Source: Flavobacteriales bacterium (GTDB lineage Bacteria; Bacteroidota; Bacteroidia; CAIKAF01). From it: 64,000 nucleotides of DNA. A model generated the notes under the pieces. The model was not told the origin of the DNA. It was given only the letters and a program-made list of their open reading frames with translations, and did no database searches. The stretch covers positions 21,121-85,120 of the forward strand of contig JAOABX010000009.1 of assembly GCA_026418175.1 (NCBI GenBank). Reading direction: 5' to 3'. This document shows, piece after piece, positions 19,049 to 29,656 of this stretch; within the stretch, counting starts at the first letter, position 1; every line of letters starts with the position of its first letter. A program made the translations under genes and the position numbers.

Positions 19049-20311
19049 ATGAACATAATTGCCGGATTGGTAGCGGTTTTAATGGTTGTGTTTTCTTTAT
19101 CAGCACAGAGTAAGAAAGTTTTGCAAGAAAAAAAAGCCAAGCTTCAAAAAGAATTAAATTATACGACACAGCTTTTGAAAGAAACTCAGGCAGATAAAAA
19201 AAATTCACTGAGTCAGTTAGAAAAATTGAATCGAAACATTGAAGCGCGAATGGAGCTAATACAGACCATTGAAGCAGAAGTTAAAATGCTAGAACAAGAA
19301 ATTATTACTCATCGCCTAGAAATAGAAAAAAAAAACAAAGCCTTGCAAAAACTTAAAGACCAATATGCCGAAATGGTATTTACTGCTTGGTTGAATCGCA
19401 ATCAATTCAATAAAGTGATGTATGTGGTATCAGCCAAAGATTATAATCAAGGTGTACGCAGAATTCAGTATTTTAATCAGGTTAATGATTTACGGAAGCA
19501 GCGCTTGGATGAAATTATAGAATTGAATACGCGGTTACAACAGAAAGTAGATGAGTTAAGGGCCATACGCGAAGAAAAATCTAAAGCACTAATTCAGCAA
19601 ACTCAGGAAACCAAGAAACTTGAAAACGACAAAAAACAAAAAGAAGAAACTATAGCTAAACTCAAAAGCAAGGAAAAAGAATTAACTGAAAAAATTAAAA
19701 AGAAAGAAAAAGAAAAAGAGCAGCTGGAAGCTAAAATTAAGGCCATCATTGATAAAGAATTAAAAGAAGCGGAGGCCCGTAGGAAAAAGGCAAAAGAAAC
19801 AGTTTCTACTACAAAAACAGAAACAAAAAGTACCGGTACAAAGGCTTCAGAAAAAACGGAAATAAAAGAAGTAAAATCGACCCCCACCGGTACATTTACA
19901 GAATCAGGATTTGCTTCGAATAAAGGCCGTTTGCCTTGGCCGGTAGAGAAAGGAGTTATAACTGGTAAATTTGGAATACAACCTCATCCTGTATTTTCTA
20001 CTATTGTAATTAAAAACGATGGCATTGATATTACCACTGAGCGTGGAGCTTCGGTGAGGGCTGTGTATAAAGGTGAAGTAACCGGTGTTTTTCGGGTTGA
20101 TGGATATGAAAATGTTGTGATAATAAGGCATGGAGACTATCTAACAGTGTATAGTAACTTAGCTACGGTAAATGTAAGTAAGGGTAACATGGTAGAAGCC
20201 AAGCAAAAAATTGGTACTGTAGCTACCGATGATGATGGTAAATCGTTTTTAAATTTTCAGGTTAGGTATGGAAGTGCAGTACAAAATCCTGCGATTTGGC
20301 TCAGTAGGTAA
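19049..20311 (+). CDS. EnvC/NlpD-like murein hydrolase activator (coiled coil plus degenerate M23/LytM domain)
   Basis: Long K/E-rich coiled coil. C-terminal M23 fold (GIDITTERGASVRAVYKGEV, VIIRHGDYLTVYSNL) in which the HxH metal site is replaced (…SFLNFQV…). Confidence 0.8.
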   Translation: MNIIAGLVAVLMVVFSLSAQSKKVLQEKKAKLQKELNYTTQLLKETQADKKNSLSQLEKLNRNIEARMELIQTIEAEVKMLEQEIITHRLEIEKKNKALQKLKDQYAEMVFTAWLNRNQFNKVMYVVSAKDYNQGVRRIQYFNQVNDLRKQRLDEIIELNTRLQQKVDELRAIREEKSKALIQQTQETKKLENDKKQKEETIAKLKSKEKELTEKIKKKEKEKEQLEAKIKAIIDKELKEAEARRKKAKETVSTTKTETKSTGTKASEKTEIKEVKSTPTGTFTESGFASNKGRLPWPVEKGVITGKFGIQPHPVFSTIVIKNDGIDITTERGASVRAVYKGEVTGVFRVDGYENVVIIRHGDYLTVYSNLATVNVSKGNMVEAKQKIGTVATDDDGKSFLNFQVRYGSAVQNPAIWLSR

Positions 20312-20363
20312 ATGTTAAATTGTTTAAATGAAGCCCACAGTAAATGTTAAATGCTGAAATTTG

Positions 20364-20732
20364 ATGTATAAAAATAGCGTGAAGCGAATTTTTTCCATAT
20401 TAATACTATGTTGTTGGACACTTTCTTCTCTGTATTCCACTACAGATTTGAAAGTTATTGCAGGAGAGAATTCTTTCATTCAGCCCGAAATTCATAAAAA
20501 TTCAGATGGAAAACTACCAATTCATTATCAACTTTATTCAGAAATAGAATTTGAGTCTGAATTTCAAAAATCAAATGGATTAATTCCTTCTTTTTCAGCA
20601 GCAGAACATCTTAAAATTTCTCATATTGATTATCGTATTTTTCAGCCTTATACGCTATCTTATTTCAATTTTCTGTTTTCGTATCCTCTTCACGTTCCTG
20701 TTTTTCTTAAAAATAGAATAATTCTTATTTAA
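20364..20732 (+). CDS. Hypothetical small exported protein
   Basis: ATG at 20364 (the ORF track starts at a TTG at 20361); hydrophobic N-terminus; followed by a hairpin at 20751. No recognisable motifs. Confidence 0.35.
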   Translation: MYKNSVKRIFSILILCCWTLSSLYSTTDLKVIAGENSFIQPEIHKNSDGKLPIHYQLYSEIEFESEFQKSNGLIPSFSAAEHLKISHIDYRIFQPYTLSYFNFLFSYPLHVPVFLKNRIILI

Positions 20733-20750
20733 AAATGATTTTTCTCATAT

Positions 20751-20773
20751 AAGCAGAAATTCTATTTCTGCTT
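20751..20773 (+). terminator. Perfect hairpin AAGCAGAAAT-TCT-ATTTCTGCTT followed by T-rich sequence
   Basis: Seen in sequence, between the small ORF and the RND operon. Confidence 0.4.
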
Positions 20774-20836
20774 ATCTATTTATTCTTCATTTAATAGTTA
20801 CAATTAATTCAATTCACAATAATCATTAAAGTTTTT

Positions 20837-21949
20837 ATGAATTACCGTTTAAAACCCCAACCAATGAAATCAGCAGTTTTAATCATTTTCTCTGTATTGT
20901 TTGTTTTTAGCGCTTGCAAAAGCCGAAATCATCAAAATCACGATGAATCAGTTTTTGTAGTTTCAACACCATATGTAACGGATACTACTCTATATCATGA
21001 ATATGTTTGCCAAATACGTTCTATACAACATATAGAATTACGCGCCTTAGAGAAAGGATATTTGCAAAATATATATGTGGATGAAGGGAAATTAGTAAAA
21101 AAAGGACAATTATTATTTCAAATTTTGCCCGTGGTTTATCAGGCAGAAGCACAAAAAGCACAAGCAGAATTAAATTTTGCTGAAATTGAATATCAAAACA
21201 CCAAAGCTTTGGCTGATAGTCATGTTGTATCAAAAAATGAATTGGCATTAGCCAAAGCTAAGTTAGAAAAAGCCAAAGCTGATTATGAATTGGCAAAAGC
21301 ACATTTAGGGTTTACAGAAATTAGAGCTCCGTTTGATGGAATGGTGGGTCGTTTTAATGATGTTCGAGTAGGAAGTTTATTGGATGAAGGCGAATTGTTA
21401 ACCACGCTTTCTGATAACAGTAAGATGTGGGTATATTTCAATGTACCGGAAGCTGAATACCTCAATTACGTTAAAGAACGAAAAACTGACCATCCTTTTA
21501 AGGTGAAATTACAAATGGCCAACAATGAGTTTTATAATGAAGAAGGAATCATTGAAACGATTGAGGCTGATTTTAATAATGAAACCGGTAATATAGCATT
21601 TAGAGCTACATTTTCAAATCCGGATAGAATTTTAAGACATGGTGAAACTGGTAATATTTTTATGCCAAGCCTTCATAAAAACGCCATGTTAATTCCACAA
21701 AAAGCAACATTTGAGGTGTTAGATAGAAAATTTTTATACGTTGTAAATGATAAAAATGAAGTTGAAGCACGCGAAATTGAAGTACAAGATGAATTACCTC
21801 ATATTTATGTCATTTCTTCCGGATTAAAAAAGAATGAAAAAATTTTGATAGAAGGAATCAGAAAGGTAAAAAATGGCGATAAAATTCAGTACCAGGAAAA
21901 GAGTTTTCAAACGATTATACAGGAACTTCAATCGCTAAAATCAGAGTAA
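20837..21949 (+). CDS. Efflux RND transporter periplasmic adaptor (membrane fusion protein, HlyD/AcrA family)
   Basis: Lipoprotein-like signal (…FSACKS). Coiled-coil hairpin region (AEAQKAQAELNFAEIEYQN…LAKAKLEKAKADYELAKAHL). Immediately upstream of the RND permease. The true start may be the second Met at 20864. Confidence 0.9.
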   Translation: MNYRLKPQPMKSAVLIIFSVLFVFSACKSRNHQNHDESVFVVSTPYVTDTTLYHEYVCQIRSIQHIELRALEKGYLQNIYVDEGKLVKKGQLLFQILPVVYQAEAQKAQAELNFAEIEYQNTKALADSHVVSKNELALAKAKLEKAKADYELAKAHLGFTEIRAPFDGMVGRFNDVRVGSLLDEGELLTTLSDNSKMWVYFNVPEAEYLNYVKERKTDHPFKVKLQMANNEFYNEEGIIETIEADFNNETGNIAFRATFSNPDRILRHGETGNIFMPSLHKNAMLIPQKATFEVLDRKFLYVVNDKNEVEAREIEVQDELPHIYVISSGLKKNEKILIEGIRKVKNGDKIQYQEKSFQTIIQELQSLKSE

Positions 21950-21970
21950 CATTCAAATTGATTAAAAGTC

Positions 21971-24900
21971 ATGTTTACCAAATTTATTCAACGACCGGTT
22001 TTAGCTATATCCATCTCATTAGCAATAGTTTTTCTGGGGTTTATAGCAATTAAAACAAGACCTATTTCACAATTTCCTGATATAGCTCCTCCTCGTGTAA
22101 ATATATTTTTGGCATATCCGGGTGCCAGTGCCCAGGTATTGGTAGAGTCTACTCTTATTCCGCTAGAACGTGCCATTAATGGGGTGCAAGGCATGTTGTA
22201 TTTAACTTCAGATGCAACAAGTGCCGGTGAGGCTACGATTCAAATTGTATTTGAACCTGGTACTGATCCGAATGCTGCAGTAGTAAATGTAAAAACGAGG
22301 GTAGATGCCATTATGAACAACTTGCCTCCGCTTGTTCAACGTGAAGGTATTATTATTACACCCATACAGCCCAGTATGCTCATGTATGTAAACTTATACA
22401 GTACTGATAAAAATGCTGATGAAAAGTTTTTGTACAACTATGCAAACGTTCATATTATCCCAGAATTACAACGTATCAAAGGCATGGGGCGTGCACAAAT
22501 ATTAGGTAGCCGTAATTATGCCATGCGGGTTTGGTTAAAACCAGATAGGATGCGAGCCTATAATGTTTCGACGGAAGAAGTGATGAAGGCGATGGAAGAG
22601 CAAAGCATTATTGGTAGGCCGGGTAGGCTGGGGCAAGCTTCTGGAAAGACTGCCCAATCGCTGGAATTTACACTTACTTATAAAGGACGGTTTAATAAAC
22701 CGGAAGAATATGAAAATATTATCATACGAGCTAATCCGGATGGGGAAATTTTAAAACTCAAGGATCTAGCAGAAGTTGAATTAGGTAGCCAGTTTTATGA
22801 TATCTATTCTAATAAAGACGGCTATCCATCGGCTTCTATTGTGTTAAAACAAAACTTTGGTACCAATGCCAGTGAAGTAATAGAACTAACAAAGCAGAAA
22901 TTAGAAGAGCTTAAAAAAGACTTCCCTCCTGGTATGGCTTATGAAATAAATTATGATGTATCAAAATTTGTTAATGCTTCCATTGATAAAGTGATGCATA
23001 CACTCATTGAGGCCTTTATTCTTGTGGCATTGGTAGTATTTGTATTTTTAGGTGATTGGAGATCCACTTTGATTCCAATTATTGCTGTACCGGTTTCATT
23101 AATTGGAGCATTTGTTTTTATGCAAATGTTTGGCCTTACCATCAACCTGATTACCTTGTTTGCATTAGTATTAGCAATTGGAATTGTAGTAGATGATGCC
23201 ATTGTGGTGGTAGAAGCAGTGCACGCTAAGATGGAAGAAGAACATTTAACTCCATATCATGCCGTAAAAAAAGTATTAGGAGAAATTAGTGGAGCCGTAA
23301 TTGCCATTACGCTTATTATGACGGCTGTATTCGTTCCTATTGCATTTATGACAGGTCCGGTCGGTGTGTTTTATCGACAGTTTTCTATTACCATGGCTAG
23401 TTCCATAATACTTTCTGGAATTGTAGCTTTAACACTTACCCCTGTATTATGTGCAATGATATTAAAAAATAATCATGGAAAGCAGAAGCGAAAAACTCCA
23501 ATTACATTATTTCTAGATTGGTTTAACCAAATGTTTGAAAAACTTACGGGAAGGTATGTTCGCTTGCTTGAACTTATTGTAAATCGTAGGTTAATTACAT
23601 TTGGAATATTAGGCGCATTTGCTTTTGGAATATTTAGCGTTAATAAAACTCTTCCTTCCGGTTTTATACCCAATGAAGATCAAGGGCAAATATATGCCAT
23701 CATTCAAACTCCTCCTGGAAGTACTTTAGAGCGCACGAATGATGTATCAAGACAACTACAAAAAATAGCAGAAGAGATTGAAGATATTCAATCAGTAACA
23801 TCACTTGCTGGCTATGAAATCTTAACAGAAGGACGAGGTTCCAATGCAGGCACTTGTTTAATTAACCTGAAAGACTGGCAAGATAGAAAACATTCGGTAA
23901 AAGAAATCATTGAAGAATTGGAAGAAAAAACAAAAGATTTAGGAGCTGTGATAGAATTTTTTGAACCTCCGGCTGTGCCTGGATATGGTTCGTCTGATGG
24001 TTTTTCTTTACGATTGCTAGATAAAAATACTACCATTGATTATCAGGAATTCGATAAAATTAATACCGAATTCATGGAAGCATTAAAGAAGCGAAAAGAA
24101 CTGGATGGATTATTTACCTTCTATGCAGCCAATTACCCTCAATACGAAATTATCATTGATAATGAAAAGGCCATGCAAAAAGGTGTATCTATTGGGGATG
24201 CCATGGAAAATTTAAACATACTCATAGGAAGCACCTATGAGCAGGGGTTTACTCGTTTTAATTCATTTTATAAAGTTTATACTCAGTCAGGCCCTGAATA
24301 TCGTAGATTACCTTCGGATATCTTGAATTTATTTGTAAAAAATGATCGGGGTGAAATGGTTCCTTATTCATCGTTCGTAACATTACGAAAAACACAAGGG
24401 CCAAATGAAATTACCCGATTTAATCTTTACACTTCATCAGCCATTCGAGGGGTGCCTGCACATGGATATACCACAGGTGATGCTATTAATGCAATTAAAG
24501 AAGTAGCCGAAAAAGTGTTGCCAAATGGATATGATATTGCTTGGGAAGGATTGTCGTTTGATGAAGCGAATCGAGGCAATGAGGCTATTTACATCTTTGC
24601 TGTGGTACTAATCTTTGTGTATTTGGTTTTAGCTTCACAATATGAAAGTTTTATTATTCCTTTGGCAGTAATTTTATCGCTACCGGCTGGGATATTTGGT
24701 TCATTTCTGCTACTTAAATTGATGGGGTTAGCCAACGATATTTATGCTCAAATTGGATTGATCATGTTGGTTGGTTTGCTTGGAAAAAATGCTGTTCTAA
24801 TTGTTGAGTTTGCTGTTCAGAAACATAATCAGGGAACCTCTGTATTAGCTGCAGCTATCGAAGGAGCTAAAGTACGTTTCAGACCAATATTAATGACTTC

Positions 24901-25216
24901 GTTTGCTTTTATCGCCGGTTTGATTCCTTTAGTTAGAGCTACCGGTGCTGGTGCAGTGGGCAATCGAACCATTGGTTCCTCTGCATTAGGAGGGATGTTG
25001 TTAGGAACTATATTTGGTGTAATCATCGTGCCAGGTTTATACTACGTTTTTGGTAAACTAGCCGAGGGAAGAAAATTGATACAGCAGGAAGACCAAAATC
25101 CACTCACTGAAGATTTAATGCTAGATAAAAAGCATGCTACACTGGTGAAGAAAATCAAAAAAATGAAAACTGTAATTAAAGCAATGAACAGAAAAAAAGG
25201 AAATCATGAAATCTAA
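21971..25216 (+). CDS. Efflux RND transporter permease subunit (AcrB/HAE1 family)
   Basis: 1081 aa, 12-TM architecture with two large periplasmic loops; conserved AcrB-family TM-segment motifs VVDDAIVVVE and VLAIGIVVDD. Confidence 0.95.
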   Translation: MFTKFIQRPVLAISISLAIVFLGFIAIKTRPISQFPDIAPPRVNIFLAYPGASAQVLVESTLIPLERAINGVQGMLYLTSDATSAGEATIQIVFEPGTDPNAAVVNVKTRVDAIMNNLPPLVQREGIIITPIQPSMLMYVNLYSTDKNADEKFLYNYANVHIIPELQRIKGMGRAQILGSRNYAMRVWLKPDRMRAYNVSTEEVMKAMEEQSIIGRPGRLGQASGKTAQSLEFTLTYKGRFNKPEEYENIIIRANPDGEILKLKDLAEVELGSQFYDIYSNKDGYPSASIVLKQNFGTNASEVIELTKQKLEELKKDFPPGMAYEINYDVSKFVNASIDKVMHTLIEAFILVALVVFVFLGDWRSTLIPIIAVPVSLIGAFVFMQMFGLTINLITLFALVLAIGIVVDDAIVVVEAVHAKMEEEHLTPYHAVKKVLGEISGAVIAITLIMTAVFVPIAFMTGPVGVFYRQFSITMASSIILSGIVALTLTPVLCAMILKNNHGKQKRKTPITLFLDWFNQMFEKLTGRYVRLLELIVNRRLITFGILGAFAFGIFSVNKTLPSGFIPNEDQGQIYAIIQTPPGSTLERTNDVSRQLQKIAEEIEDIQSVTSLAGYEILTEGRGSNAGTCLINLKDWQDRKHSVKEIIEELEEKTKDLGAVIEFFEPPAVPGYGSSDGFSLRLLDKNTTIDYQEFDKINTEFMEALKKRKELDGLFTFYAANYPQYEIIIDNEKAMQKGVSIGDAMENLNILIGSTYEQGFTRFNSFYKVYTQSGPEYRRLPSDILNLFVKNDRGEMVPYSSFVTLRKTQGPNEITRFNLYTSSAIRGVPAHGYTTGDAINAIKEVAEKVLPNGYDIAWEGLSFDEANRGNEAIYIFAVVLIFVYLVLASQYESFIIPLAVILSLPAGIFGSFLLLKLMGLANDIYAQIGLIMLVGLLGKNAVLIVEFAVQKHNQGTSVLAAAIEGAKVRFRPILMTSFAFIAGLIPLVRATGAGAVGNRTIGSSALGGMLLGTIFGVIIVPGLYYVFGKLAEGRKLIQQEDQNPLTEDLMLDKKHATLVKKIKKMKTVIKAMNRKKGNHEI

Positions 25217-26636
25217 TATAATAAAATTTACACTTGTTTTTTTTGTTACTCTTCTATTGGCCTATAGTTGTAAAGGGCCACAGCAAGTATTTAGAAGTGA
25301 AAATAGAAATTTGCCAACTTCTTATGGTGTTTCTACCGATACAACTAATGTGGCCTATCTTTCCTGGAAAGAGTTTTTTACCGATTCGAATTTAATACGT
25401 CTGATAGAATCTGCTTTAATAAATAATCAGGAATTAAATATTGTTTTGCAGGAAATTGAAATTGCAAAAAATGAAGTAAAAACACGTAAAGGAGAATACC
25501 TTCCATTTGTGAATTTAGGTATTGGGGGAGGTATGGACAAACCCGGAAAATTTACTCGTATGGGTGCAGTGGAAGATCAATTAGAGATACAGCCCGGTAA
25601 AAATTTTCCGGAACCTATGACCGATTTAACCATAGGCCTAAATGCTAGTTGGGAAATTGATATTTGGAAAAAGTTAGTTAACGCAAAAAACGCAGCCAAA
25701 ATGCGTTTACTTGCAACCAACGAGGGCAAAAATTTTATGGTTACTCATCTTGTTTCAGAAATTGCAGAAAATTACTATGAGCTGATGGCATATGACAATA
25801 TATTGGATATGCTGGAAAAAAACATAGAAATTCAATCAGCTGCATTGCAGGTTATTAAACAAGAAAAAGATGCAGCAAAGGTTTCTCAGTTAGCTGTGAA
25901 TCGTTTTGAAGCTCAGTTGTTAAATACCACTAATTTACAATATGAGGTAAAACAACGCATCATTGAAACAGAAAACAGGTTGCATTTTTTAACAGGTTCG
26001 ATTACCGGGCCCATTGTTCGTAATTCGCAGCGTTTTTTAGAGCTGGATGTCGATTCTTTAAATTATGGTGTTCCTACTCAGTTATTGCGTAATCGCCCTG
26101 ATATTCGTAAGGCTGAGTTCGAGTTGGCTGCTGCTAAACTGGATGTAAAAGTAGCATGGGCAAATTTTTTCCCCTCATTACGTTTGCAGGCTGGTTTTGG
26201 TGTTCAAGCATTTAATCCTACCGTACTATTCCGTCCAGAATCTATATTATATTCTTTGTTGGGTGATTTATTGTTGCCATTGTTAAATCGTAATGCAATT
26301 CAGGCCGCTTATAATTCATCAAAATCCAAGCAAATTCAGGCAGTATATAATTATGAGCAAGCAGTTTTAAAAGCATATTTGGATGTTTTAAATCATATCA
26401 ACAAGTTAGATAACTATTCAAAGAGTTACTTAACCAAACTTAAGCAGGTACAGGTGTTAGATAAATCAGTAGGCATTGCAAATAACTTGTTTAATTCGGC
26501 ACGTGCAGATTATTCTGAAGTACTCTTTACGCAACGCGAAGCATTGGAAGCTAAATTAGAACTGGTAGAGATTAAACTAAAAATGCTGAATTCCAAGGTA
26601 AATCTGTACAGAGTACTAGGTGGAGGGTGGAAATAA
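25206..26636 (+). CDS. Efflux transporter outer-membrane factor (TolC/NodT family lipoprotein)
   Basis: Lipobox LLAYSC; two-repeat TolC-like architecture; overlaps the permease stop by 11 nt. Confidence 0.9.
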   Translation: MKSNIIKFTLVFFVTLLLAYSCKGPQQVFRSENRNLPTSYGVSTDTTNVAYLSWKEFFTDSNLIRLIESALINNQELNIVLQEIEIAKNEVKTRKGEYLPFVNLGIGGGMDKPGKFTRMGAVEDQLEIQPGKNFPEPMTDLTIGLNASWEIDIWKKLVNAKNAAKMRLLATNEGKNFMVTHLVSEIAENYYELMAYDNILDMLEKNIEIQSAALQVIKQEKDAAKVSQLAVNRFEAQLLNTTNLQYEVKQRIIETENRLHFLTGSITGPIVRNSQRFLELDVDSLNYGVPTQLLRNRPDIRKAEFELAAAKLDVKVAWANFFPSLRLQAGFGVQAFNPTVLFRPESILYSLLGDLLLPLLNRNAIQAAYNSSKSKQIQAVYNYEQAVLKAYLDVLNHINKLDNYSKSYLTKLKQVQVLDKSVGIANNLFNSARADYSEVLFTQREALEAKLELVEIKLKMLNSKVNLYRVLGGGWK

Positions 26637-26718
26637 CTCTTCATTTGAGAGGTTTATCATTAAATATGTTTAAGTTCACTATTTTTACAACCTTCTTATT
26701 TGGAATATTATTTTATTT

Positions 26719-28311
26719 ATGAATTTAATGAACATCCCAAATGCCTATAAACACGACGTTTTATCAGGTTTTTGGGTGTTTTTAATAACATTGCCTCTTT
26801 CTTTAGGTATATCCATTGCCAGTGGGTTTCCTCCGGTAGCCGGTTTAATTACATCGGTAATTGGTGGTATGTTGGTTGGTTTTATTGGTGGTTCGCAGTT
26901 AACCATTAAAGGTCCTGCGGCCGGATTAATTGTAATTGCATTGGGAGCGGTGCATGAGCTGGGCAAGGGTGATATGGTACTGGGGTATCAATTGGCTTTA
27001 GCTACAATTATTTTTGCCGGGATATTACAAGTGGTGTTTGGAATTTTAAAGCTGGGAGTATTAAGTGATTTTTTCCCATCATCGGCTGTACATGGTATGT
27101 TAGCAGCTATCGGAATTATCATTGCATCCAAACAATTTTATGTATTATTAGGTGTAGAACCCCAGAAAAATGATACGCTTAGTATGTTAGCAGAAATACC
27201 ATACTCGATCTTTCAACTTAACCCTAAAATCACACTTATAGGATTATTGAGTTTATTCATGCTATTTACACTCCCATTAATAAAAAATAAAATTATTAAA
27301 CGTATTCCACCTCCTCTTTGGGTATTGATTGTAATTTTACCGTTGGGTAAGATCCTAAATTTACAAGAGGAACATACATATACCTTATTGAATAACCAAT
27401 ACTTCATCGGGCCGCATTATCTAGTGGATTTGCCTGATAGTTTATTTTCTTCCGTTACATTTCCTGTTTTTAGTCAAATTCTTTCAATGGTTTCAATAAA
27501 ATATATTATCATGTTTTCATTGGTCGGAAGCATAGAATCTCTTCTTAGTACTAAAGCGATTGATTATCTCGATCCATACAAACGAAAATCAAATATGAAT
27601 CGAGATCTTACAGCAATAGGCGTTGGTAATATATTATCTGGCCTAATTGGCGGATTACCTATGATTTCGGAAATTATTCGTAGTTCGGCCAATATTAATT
27701 ATGCTGCGAAAACAAGGTGGTCAAATTTTTTTCACGGATTTTTTCTACTTGTTTTTGTTTCATTTTTTCCAACTCTATTACAAAATATTCCTTTAGCGGC
27801 CTTGGCTGCCATGTTGGTATATACTGGCTATCGGTTGGCATCGCCCCATGAGTTTAGCAGAATGTATAGAATAGGGTGGGATCAATTTTTAGTTTTTATC
27901 ATTGCGTTTTTTGTAACAATATCAACTGATTTGCTGGTGGGTATTTTAGCCGGAATAATTATTCAATGGGTAGTAAATCTTTACTTTGGATTATCAATTA
28001 AACATACATTTCATTGCAAATATTCTATTATCTACAATGATCATGAAGTGATTGTACAATTTTTTTCTTCTGCTGTTTTTTCTAATTACATTCAGCTTAA
28101 GAAAGTGTTGGATAAATTGCCTCGAAACAAAACGATAATTATTGATTTTGCAAAAGCTTCATTGATTGATCATACTGTCATGGAAAATTTAAACCACTAC
28201 TCTCGTGATTATCAGCAGGAAGGTGGAATGTTTATTATTCAGGGAATAGATAGCCATAAAAAACTATCATCTCATGAACTGGCAACTAGAACAAAAAAAA
28301 TCACCGTATGA
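26719..28311 (+). CDS. SulP family inorganic anion (sulfate) permease with C-terminal STAS domain
   Basis: Polytopic membrane domain with SulP signature GPAAGLIVIALGAV; C-terminal STAS (…IIIDFAKASLIDHTVMENL…). Confidence 0.9.
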   Translation: MNLMNIPNAYKHDVLSGFWVFLITLPLSLGISIASGFPPVAGLITSVIGGMLVGFIGGSQLTIKGPAAGLIVIALGAVHELGKGDMVLGYQLALATIIFAGILQVVFGILKLGVLSDFFPSSAVHGMLAAIGIIIASKQFYVLLGVEPQKNDTLSMLAEIPYSIFQLNPKITLIGLLSLFMLFTLPLIKNKIIKRIPPPLWVLIVILPLGKILNLQEEHTYTLLNNQYFIGPHYLVDLPDSLFSSVTFPVFSQILSMVSIKYIIMFSLVGSIESLLSTKAIDYLDPYKRKSNMNRDLTAIGVGNILSGLIGGLPMISEIIRSSANINYAAKTRWSNFFHGFFLLVFVSFFPTLLQNIPLAALAAMLVYTGYRLASPHEFSRMYRIGWDQFLVFIIAFFVTISTDLLVGILAGIIIQWVVNLYFGLSIKHTFHCKYSIIYNDHEVIVQFFSSAVFSNYIQLKKVLDKLPRNKTIIIDFAKASLIDHTVMENLNHYSRDYQQEGGMFIIQGIDSHKKLSSHELATRTKKITV

Positions 28312-29645
28312 AAAAAGTATTTTTTGCAGTTGTGCCAGTGTATTTATTATTTATAAATGCATATACTCAACAACCAAGAGTTCGTAAAAATATCCCAGAC
28401 CTATCCCAGGCGCTCACCATTTCCCTAGATTCTTCCGAAAGTCGCTACATTCGGTTTACTGTGACCAATCAAATATGGATTCGATTTAATCAAAGTAATC
28501 CGGGTACTTTGATTGCTGATATACCTAAGCCTTATACCTTTGATATTGGTATTCGTCGATTACGTTTGCAAATGATTGGGCAAGTATCTGAACGATTTTT
28601 TGTTTATTTTCAATTTGGAATAAATAACTTCAATAATCTTTCGCCCAGAAAACTTGGCGATTTTTTTCATGATGCCGTTGTAGAGTTTACTCCTTGGAAA
28701 CGACATATTACTTTAGGCGCCGGGCTTACCGGTTGGACGGGTTATTCCCGGTATTCTTCACCTGCAGTAGCCTCTACTATGATGTATGATGCACCCATCT
28801 TTGAACAAGGTACCAATGATGCCAACGATCAGTTTTTGAGAAAGCTAAGTGTGTATATGAAAGGAAAATTTGGAAAAATGGATTATAGAATCATCCTTTC
28901 CAACCCATTTTTGGCGAGCACTTCACCCATTTTTGATCCAAACATTTCACAATATGCCAATTTTACGTCCAAAGGTAGTTCGTTACAAGTTGGGGGATAT
29001 TTTCAATACCAGTTTTTAGAGGAAGAAAGTAATCAGCTTCCCTATACGGTTGGCACCTATCATGGTAAGAAAAATGTTCTTAATGTTGGAGCTGGGTTTC
29101 AATACCAACCAGATGCTATGTGGAGTTTAGCAAATGGATCAGATACAGTTTTTCATGACATGAAAATTTTTGCCGGTGATTTGTTTTATGATGCTCCGTT
29201 AGGTGATAAAAAGGATATGGCACTTTCTATCTATCTGGCTTATACGAATTATAACTTTGGGCCCGGATATCTTCGTGAAGTGGGAATTATGAATCCTGGA
29301 CAGGCCGTTGATCCTGCTCTGGCATCACTGAATGGTACAGGGAATGCTTATCCCATGATTGGTACCGGCCATACTGTGTTTGCTCAAGCCGGATGGATGA
29401 TGCCTCCCCATTGGTTTAAAAGTAAAGTGTTTACTATGATGCCTTATGCAGGGGTGCAAACATCACTTTGGGAACGGCTAATAGACCCTATGGTAACTGT
29501 AGATTCTGGAATCAATTTTTTGTTTGAAGGACATCGGTACAAGATTAGTTTGAATTATCAGAATCGCCCCATTTTTGACGCAACTTCATTTCAACAGATA
29601 CAACGAAACAGCAGTGTGATCCTACATTTGCAGATTGCCATTTAA
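28308..29645 (+). CDS. Putative outer-membrane beta-barrel/porin-like protein, translationally coupled (ATGA) to SulP
   Basis: Signal peptide; Gly/Tyr-rich beta-strand-like segments. Function inferred only from composition and context. Confidence 0.55.
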   Translation: MKKVFFAVVPVYLLFINAYTQQPRVRKNIPDLSQALTISLDSSESRYIRFTVTNQIWIRFNQSNPGTLIADIPKPYTFDIGIRRLRLQMIGQVSERFFVYFQFGINNFNNLSPRKLGDFFHDAVVEFTPWKRHITLGAGLTGWTGYSRYSSPAVASTMMYDAPIFEQGTNDANDQFLRKLSVYMKGKFGKMDYRIILSNPFLASTSPIFDPNISQYANFTSKGSSLQVGGYFQYQFLEEESNQLPYTVGTYHGKKNVLNVGAGFQYQPDAMWSLANGSDTVFHDMKIFAGDLFYDAPLGDKKDMALSIYLAYTNYNFGPGYLREVGIMNPGQAVDPALASLNGTGNAYPMIGTGHTVFAQAGWMMPPHWFKSKVFTMMPYAGVQTSLWERLIDPMVTVDSGINFLFEGHRYKISLNYQNRPIFDATSFQQIQRNSSVILHLQIAI

Positions 29646-29656
29646 TGAAGTTTTAA

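Noticed and set aside
19603-19887. Minus-strand 94-aa ORF rich in Phe/Ser/Val
   Set aside because: It is the antisense reading of the Lys/Glu-rich coiled-coil region of the envC-like gene, which gives a compositionally biased open frame; not coding.
20308-20352. 12-13-bp direct repeat (G)TAAATGTTAAAT twice, 31 bp apart, at the 3' end of the envC-like gene
   Set aside because: Very AT-rich low-complexity intergenic sequence. The first copy overlaps the stop codon. Chance repetition is likely and no function is suggested.
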